The notes under the pieces are model-generated. The model did not search any database. It saw nothing but the letters and a program-made list of their open reading frames with translations, and was not told where the DNA came from. 64,000 nucleotides of DNA, from the NCBI GenBank assembly GCA_964016885.1, contig OZ024741.1, positions 403,682,001 to 403,746,000 of the forward strand, read 5' to 3'. Both the position numbers and the translations under genes were made by a program. This DNA comes from Eledone cirrhosa. Lineage: Eukaryota. Within the stretch, counting starts at the first letter, position 1; each line of letters opens with the position of its first letter. Below are positions 56,272-64,000 of this stretch, piece after piece.

Positions 56272-57815
56272 TATTTCTTTTATTTGCCACTAGGGCATCA
56301 AAAGTGGGACAAGTACAAAGGGGGGAGTTTACACAAAAAGGCGTCCTCAATAAGGAGAAGGCAATAACAAAATATAAAAATAAAATAAGATATAACAAAA
56401 AATAAAATTTTTAACAAAATCCTCAATAGAGAGGAGGCGCCTTGGGGGGTCGCACACACCCCCGAAAAAAGTGTGCAACCCTTCTCCTCAGGAGCACAGA
56501 GAAGGGGTGCTCCCTTGGTCTTTTATCTTCCTCACCTATAGTCTGATGTAGAGTGAAGGCCCATTCACACGGGCCATTCTCGCCACTTTCACCCATCTTT
56601 CATAGAAACGGCTGGGGTGCAGCACCTCTCTCTCCATCCTGATCCTTCTTCCGAAATGATATCGGAAGAAACGGACCAGTTGTTGGCCAGAGAGAAAGGT
56701 GCCCGACCTCAGTCCTTTCAGACGCGTCCACCATACAACCTCTTTCGCCATGGCTATTACGCACAGAAACACCGCCTCTGCTTCATCTTTGAAGGGGGGA
56801 GGCGGCTTGATCATTACAATCGACTCGGTGGTCAACCGGATCGGTCCCACCCTTGACAGCAGTTGTTCGACATAGCCCCACAGATCGGCTACGCCCGAGC
56901 AGTGTACTAATGCGTGTGCAACGGTTTCCTCGTCGCACACGCATCTGGGACAGATCTTTTTGGCGGGGTCCCTACCCGGGCGCCCGTGTCTGTAGAGCCT
57001 TTCTCGAACGGGTAAAGCCCCTCGGTAGCACTGCCAGGCCAGGGACTTCTGGAAGTTGTCCATAGGTCCCGGGCTGAATGTCCTACCGAACAGGCTGGCC
57101 AGTTCGTCCTCCTCCATGTCTAGGGCTTCTCCGAGGGCGTCGTCGCACCTGCTGCGTACCAGCCCTCTATAGAATGTTGCGGTGGAGTCTCCACTGATAA
57201 CCGGATCCGCCTGCCAGAGGGCGGTGAGCGCCTGGGCACACTCAGTGTGCCAGGCGCCCAGTTTTCTCGGTCTTTGCTTGACCCAGGATTGCAGCTCGGT
57301 GAGTGAGACGAGTTTGGGAAAGGTTCGTCTCACAAACGAGGCCCACACCGGTTGTCCGGTGAGGAATACGTAGAGGTGCCGTAGCCTTAATGCGTGTTTA
57401 CGCATCATTAGCCACGGCATCCCCAGCCCTCCTTTCGAAGGGTGTTGACAGCAGATGGATCTCCTCACCATAGGAGCCCGCCTCTTCCAAAGGAATTGGA
57501 AGAGCGCGCGCTCCATCTTGGTGAGGGTTTCCCTTGGGCAGGGCACTACGGTCAGGCGGTAGTAGATGACGGACGCTATGTAGGTGTTCGCCACCTCCGC
57601 CCGACCTTTCAGGGATAGTTTGCAACTGGCCCACTTCTGGGTCAGTGCAAACACCCTGTTCGTAACCTCCGCCCAGTTTTTCTCCACCTGGAGGTCCGGT
57701 CCGAACCAGACCCCGAGCAACTTCACCGGGCCCTCCGTCCAGCGTCCGACGACGCTATCGGAGGGCATCGGTCTGCCCCTCCACGTGCCGAGTTGCAAAC
57801 CGATCGACTTGTCCC
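56272..57815 (-). mobile_element. 5'-truncated second Tx1-like copy, head-to-tail with the full-length copy
   Basis: Closely similar but not identical to 50522-52065. The uninterrupted ORF2 C-terminus lies in ORF 56536..57897, whose first ~27 aa come from flanking repeat. Confidence 0.93.
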
Positions 57816-57977
57816 GAGATAGAGACGGAGAAAGAGGGAGTAGAAAAAGGAGAGAGTAGAAAGTAGATAGAGAGAGTAGGGAGAGAGACACACACATACA
57901 CCACTCATATATTTATACATGATATATACACTAATACGTATTCTGTTTGCAATTTTGCGCACAGAATAATATGAGTA

Positions 57978-58038
<61 letters not shown>

Positions 58039-58741
58039 GGGAATGTAACGTCCAATTACTGTAGTTTCACCCGAGTAAGCACTCAATACGTAGTTTCTAG
58101 TTGGTAAACTGGTGTAGAACTAAGCATAGTGTAATTACAATAATAAAAGGACGATTTGTTATGTCTTCGTTATGTTTATTGAGTAGTGACACGCGTTTCA
58201 CTGAAGGTTCGATCTGTAACGATCTGGCCTGACTCTGGAATCAAAAGCTTGTCGGACCTCTGCTGTGGTAATGATAGAATGAACCCTGCGTCTAAAAATA
58301 ACGTTTTTTCAGCCTATACCTCAACCTCATTCGCATACTCATCTTAATAATTTGAAATATCTGACTTTTCCTCTCTTTTCCTTCACTATAAAAGAAAAAC
58401 TTAAACCGTTAAGGTATCTTTTCTTGGCTATGTCAAAATTTATAAAACAAACTTTGTATTTTATCTGATGAAAGCGTACCAAAGTTTTGGTACCCTTGAA
58501 ATATATATAATAGAATAAATATGGTTTTATAAATATAGTTTCCATTTATTTAATATCATTGAATATTATACGCCAGAAAACTTGTCGAGTGCTCTGAATC
58601 AGTTATAAACATTTATATTTGTTGAATTACCAACAAATTGAATATCCCTTTTGCTTATATATATATATAAATAGGAAAATGTTAGACCTCGACGGCAGGG
58701 CTCAAGCCGTTTCGATGGCTACTTCTGGAACACCTCCTTTG

Positions 58742-58783
<42 letters not shown>

Positions 58784-59289
58784 GGAATGAGAATAAGAAG
58801 AAAGCAAGAACGGGGTGGTGGTGGTAGTGGGGGGAGTTTATCTCGTCAGTTGTCTACTGGGGGTCTTGGATATTTCAACGCTTTAAAGACAATATATCTA
58901 CCCCCAGAGCGTTAAATAACTGGGTAAGTTATTGGGAAAACGGAGGAGCGAGGGAAGGAAAATAGAAGGTAAAGGGAAAAAAGGGAAGAAAAAAGAAAAA
59001 CAGCGAAAAAAACAAATCGAGGAAGGTGCGAGAAACTTAAGGTAAGCAAATCCAAGACGACAGCGGGAACAGAACTTAAGTTCGAGATCGTGTGGGCGAA
59101 CGAAAAGACACGACTGACCCCAGCGAATGTAAGTGAGAAAAGGACTGCTAGAGGGTCAGCTGAGGTAAACAATGAGGTGGGTGGCAGAGAGAGGGTGAGT
59201 GAAAGTGAGAGGGAGATAGGGTGAAGAAGAAAAAGGGGGGAGAGTAGATAGTAATGTACTAGACCACTTAAAAATACTAATCTCTACAT

Positions 59290-59329
<40 letters not shown>

Positions 59330-59342
59330 TTATATATATAAA

Positions 59343-60157
59343 CTAGCAGTGGTACCCGGCGTTGCACGGGATATGGTATTTTGTAACGCGGGCTGCCAAC
59401 AGACCTAATCGTGGAAAAACTGCATGCGTGGACAATATGTAAAGAAAATAAACCCAATACTCTGATGGCTGGATAATCTTTAAGATTTTTCTCGATGAAG
59501 CAGGAAAAATGCAGGTTTTCACCTAATGAGGGCCCTAGACCATAAAAAAGTTGGATTTTCTTTGCTCACGGTATGAAGAAGAGACTGACTAATGCATAGT
59601 TACAATTTCAAGGAAATTAGTCTGACGTAACGACTCAAAAAACCCCCCAAAACCTGAAAAAAAACGCAGTTTATCAAATAATGCAAGCCCTAGGGGATCA
59701 AAAAGTTGAATTTATTTATGTGCATAACACTCCCTGAAACATAAGTAATATACATGTAAAGTTTGAAAAAAAGTCGGTTGGGTACTTCTCGAGTTTTAGG
59801 GATTCAAACTCAGACACACACAGACAGACACACACACGCACACACACAGACATCCTCAGGGAAGTGACGTAATACAGACAGCCAGACATACAGATATTAT
59901 AAGGGCACGACGTTATATGTATGTATCTATCTAAAAAGAGAAAGACTAAGAATATTAGAGAGAGATCGCTAAATCGCCTAATGCGGTCCCTAGGGCATTG
60001 ACAATTTGAAATTTCTTTTGTTCAGAACACTCCCTGAAACATAAATATTACATGTGTAAAGTTTGAAAACAGTCGGTTGGATGGTTCTCGAGTTTTAGGG
60101 ATTCAAACACACACACACACACACACAGACAGACATCTTCAGTTTTATATATATAGA
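59343..60157 (-). mobile_element. Non-autonomous Helitron
   Basis: - strand starts A|TCTATATATATAAAA plus a CTGT/GT microsatellite and ends with hairpin CCCGTGCAACGCCGGG..CTAG|T. Internal ~170-bp duplication. Confidence 0.85.
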
Positions 60158-60689
60158 TATCATATATATGTGTGTATATACTGAAATGCTTATCTAGTAT
60201 TTTTTTTTTTTTTTTTTTCTACTTTTCTTATATAAATGTAGAGAAAAGTTTATTAAAAATATTCACATTGGTTTGCCTTCATCATAAGGCTAGTAGCAAA
60301 CATCATAGATGTTTTAGGTACCTTAGTTCTCGCCACAAATTCAAGCTAAGTATTATCGTAAACTATCAGCAAATCTTGAATTCATATATATCTTTGTTTG
60401 AAAATCTTCATAGCGAATTGTTCAACAAAACAAATTTAAGGTTCAGTTGTGAGTCATGAAAATAATATACATATTTCTGTTAACGCATCAAGAACATTTC
60501 AATGCAAAATCTACCAAATTCAGAAATTTAATATTCTTTAGAATTATATGAAATTCAAATCTATAATATATGATAAAATACAATATAACACAGCCGATTT
60601 CTTCCAGAGAATGAAGAAAGTGTGATAGATTCATATATATATATATAGTCATCTTCTGTCTTTAATAGGCCGTCTAAAAACATCTAACT

Positions 60690-60980
60690 TATAAAATGTC
60701 AGTCAATCATATTGGTGGCTTCCCCCACAGCCCCGGCGGACAGAATGGAGAAGGTGTTTCTCAGGAGGACGGCAAGGGAGACGCGTTGGAAAAGCCAAGC
60801 CAACTCGCGGGGCTCACACCTGCGGCTGGTCAGCTCAGCGCCTATGGTGGTGAGTAGGGAGGTAGCCCTAGGGCCGAGGACACCAGAAGTCTCCACTGCC
60901 AGGGGTACAACCGCAAACCTATTGGAGAGTGACCGGTATTTGAAGAGTTTGGCCTCCTCAGCTTGACGTGCAGCAGAACC
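60690..60980 (-). mobile_element. C-terminal fragment of a CRE-like (RLE-type) non-LTR retrotransposon
   Basis: AEEAKLFKYRSL..FAVVPLAVETSGVLGP...WLFQRVSLAVLLRN..SIL matches the K..KY / P.A.ET.G / QR.S.A...N pattern. Confidence 0.7.
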
Positions 60981-60984
60981 TTAG

Positions 60985-61135
60985 ATACTGGTGTAATATT
61001 TTTACTGTTTTTATCGACATCGAATGGATGAAAGATAAAGTTAACCTCGGCACAATTTGAACCCAGAGCAAATAAATCCGGAACGAATAACACAAAGCAT
61101 TCACTACGGCGTTCTAATGACTGCCAATTCTTCAC
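60985..61135 (-). mobile_element. Degenerate SINE copy
   Basis: TTTTATCGAC...GGATGAAAGATAAAGTTAACCTCGGC...TTTGAACC...CTGCCAA. Confidence 0.7.
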
Positions 61136-61764
61136 TTACCTGTAGCAGTACTATAGAAGGTCAAATGAGAGGGAATGATATTGGATATAAGTCAATAGAG
61201 AAATTTCATCCTGAAGGCTTATTTCCTTAAACATTTCAAGCTGATTGTTTCAATGGATAATTATACAACAATGTATTGAAATTCCACGCCAAGATTTCGA
61301 TATTAAATCCCAAAGTAGTACAAAAGTTGGAACTTGAATCTCCTGTGAATATGTTTAGAAGGAAAATTATCTTCTATCATGGAACTTAGTAATGGAAAAG
61401 AAATGTTTTCAGCGAATATATTGAGTGGTCTAATGCACACACACACACACACATATATATATGGTATGATCGAAGTCACTGTTTCAACATATATACAAAT
61501 TTATTGGCATGTTACATTCGTTTCAATATCGATCAGTTCATGGTACAATCATAATGTCTGGGGCCCGACTCTTTATCGACATCTCCTCGGATGTGCGAAT
61601 TTATAAGTGCAAAGACACATCTAAGATACCAATAAAGTTTATGTATAAACTGCAACAGTGACTTCGATCCTACTTACCTTATTCACATTCTACACACTAC
61701 AGCCTGTAACACACATGTATATATATATATATATAACTTAACGAGATATCGTTTAAGGTAATCC

Positions 61765-61851
61765 AGTATTCTGATGAATTGGTTGTGTATCGACTGTAAT
61801 TAAAATCAAGTGACGTAGCATCTTGCGAACGTCGAATGAAACAATTGTTAA
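61765..61851 (+). ncRNA. Type I hammerhead ribozyme split by a Helitron (stem I completed at 62577-62580)
   Basis: AGTATT-CTGATGA-ATT...AAT-GAAAC-AATT-GTT-AA|TACT. AGTATT/AATACT pair once 61852-62576 is removed. Confidence 0.75.
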
Positions 61852-62576
61852 TCTGTATATATATAAAATTAAGTATGTGTGTGTGTCTGTGTATTACCTA
61901 TAGGGGCCTACATCTTACGACCGATTTTCATGAAACTTTACAGGCTCATAGATTAGTCATCGGGGAGTGTTTTCTATATCCGGGGTCATATCGTTTTTTT
62001 CATTCCGGGGTCATTCTGCAGATAAAAATAAGATATTTGGCTCTAGCTCCCACATTTTGCCACCGATTTCGTTCAAATTTTAAAGCAAAATAGAATTTAT
62101 CATTGCACATCCTGTAATGGCTTTATATTTTGCATTTGTTGTTCAGGGACGGCGTGGCAGCCGCTTAAATATTAAAAAATACCACTTTTAGACTCAAATT
62201 TTCACTTTTTCGGCTCTAGCTCCCACATTAATCAACCTACTTTGTTCGAATTTTACACTACGCTAGATCTGATTATTTCACATCTTAAAATAGCTTTACA
62301 TTTTGGATTTTTTGTTCGGGAACGGCGTGGCAGCGGCTTAAATATTCGAAAATACTACCTCTTCGCTCAAATTTCCGCCTTTTCGGCTTTAGCTCCCACA
62401 TTTTTCAACCGATTTCGTTGAAATTCGAAACTTCGGCTCCACCTCACACATAAATAAATTTATTTGGTTCAACTTTTATACTACGATAGAACCTATGATC
62501 AACACTATGATCAACACCTTTTCATCAAAGCTGATATTATTTTACCTACCCAGGCAACGCTGGGTACTGCTGCTAG
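61852..62576 (+). mobile_element. Non-autonomous Helitron
   Basis: A|TCTGTATATATATAAAA start, ACCCAG-GCAACG-CTGGGT hairpin, CTAG|T end. Internal ~180-bp tandem repeats (CTAGCTCCCACAT-like motifs at ~62043, 62216, 62389). Confidence 0.88.
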
Positions 62577-62627
62577 TACTTTGAATAAACCCTATTGTAC
62601 AGTCAACTAAGTTATTATTCACTCATT

Positions 62628-62662
<35 letters not shown>

Positions 62663-63301
62663 TACAACCTACATAGAGCACTCTTTTTTCCTGGACCTTT
62701 CCGACAGAATTACTTCATTCACACACACATATATATATATTCATTCTCTCTCTATCTATCTAACTAACGGTCTGTCTGTCTTTTTTAACACAATACATAG
62801 ATATCTAGTCTAGTGGAGAAAACTTGGAATATATAAAAATAAACCAATACCGCAGCCTAACCTCATTGTCTAAATACAAACCATTATGATAATGTTTATT
62901 GATATTTACATAAAAATAAAGAAAAAATATTGGCATGATCCTTTTGTATACCAGCACCTTTGTAAAATATCCCACTGTATAGCCACAGCAATAATTTGGT
63001 TGTTCTGTTATATAAAGGAAATTATAATATCAAAGCATATATAAGTATAAAAGTTGATCCTAATAATGGTATGTAAATCTGAAAGAAGAATCAGTCGTTA
63101 TGTAACGCAGGTAGACATTTCTATAGATTTTAATTGTCTCTAGAAGATTACATGTTATCAATGAAATCATTGTTCAGAGGTTCTTTGCTCTCATCAGAAA
63201 TAATGGTTAAAAGAGGTTGTGTAATATTGTAGCTAGTTTGTTGAACATTGATAGGGATGTGGGAATAATATGTTGAGGGAGTGTTCTACATCACTAAATA
63301 C

Positions 63302-63377
<76 letters not shown>

Positions 63378-63547
63378 GGAAAATGTATGACCTCTACGGC
63401 AGAGCTCAAGCCGTTTCGACGGCTATTTCTGGACTGAAATAGCCGTCGAAACGGCTTGAGCTCTTTTCCTATTACCATTCTACTACCCTAAGTATTGAGT
63501 ACTCTGGTACGTTATGGTCCATCTGGTTCCTTACCACAACTCCTTTG

Positions 63548-63597
<50 letters not shown>

Positions 63598-63639
63598 GAG
63601 TATATCTATCTATCTATCTATCTATCTATCTACTATATC

Positions 63640-64000
63640 TTTCAAAACGAAAACACACACAAGAACAACAGACAAAGACTAACACAACACAACACAAATA
63701 TTATACATACATAAACACTGACAATAAAACCTTGTTGGTCATCTCGAAAAACCCTTCCGTGGAAACCGAAGGAAAATATTTTACCAAATGTAAAGACAAA
63801 CCTAATTTAAGGACACCTATAAGTCCTTAAAGGAAAACTTTGCTGAGGACGTGGGGAATATGTGTTAAACCAACGAACCGCGTCCCCTTGAAACTTTTCC
63901 CCACCCCCACCCCAGACACCCCACCCTACAAGACACCCCTCCCCACCAAACATATCCGTCCCCACCCCGCCAGGAACCACCACCCTACCAAACAACCCCT
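63640..64000 (+). mobile_element. Start of another 5'-truncated Tx1-like copy (ORF1 C-terminal region), continues beyond the window
   Basis: YYTYINTDNKTLL...TEGKYFT.../DTYKSLKENFAEDVG aligns with AYTYINTRNKKLL...TQGPNFT...DTYKTLKNNFKEDVG of ORF 54247..54723. Preceded by (TCTA)n. Confidence 0.8.

Noticed and set aside
51106-57859. Many short + strand and alternative-frame ORFs
   Set aside because: Shadow ORFs of the GC-rich Tx1 ORF1/ORF2.
50506-57870. GTAGAAAGTAGATAG as a TSD around the Tx1 tandem
   Set aside because: The right copy lies ~40 bp from the element end, and GAGTAGAAAG recurs several times in the flanking degenerate repeat, so it is not diagnostic.

Overview
This is a repeat-dense, apparently non-genic eukaryotic (animal) window. 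The tRNA-derived SINE resembles families I recall from octopod cephalopods, but that assignment is inference. Bases 1-20.1 kb are a 36-bp satellite with a ~3.67-kb higher-order period, which changes into a related 34-bp satellite. The remainder is a TE landscape set in (TA)n microsatellites: SINEs, CR1, RTE and CRE fragments, a nearly intact Penelope-like element (RT + GIY-YIG), a full-length Tx1-like LINE plus three fragments, a composite hAT element and two non-autonomous Helitrons. The main finding is a 5.7-kb fold-back array of 311-bp units that look identical by eye (8.4 antisense + 10 sense copies). Each unit carries an intact type I hammerhead ribozyme in a highly structured, viroid-like RNA, i.e. 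a candidate non-LTR retrozyme. It sits about 20 bp from the Penelope element that could mobilise it. At least six other sequence-unrelated hammerhead-bearing mini-elements, many with inverted or terminally redundant layouts, occur in the window. No host protein-coding gene could be supported.
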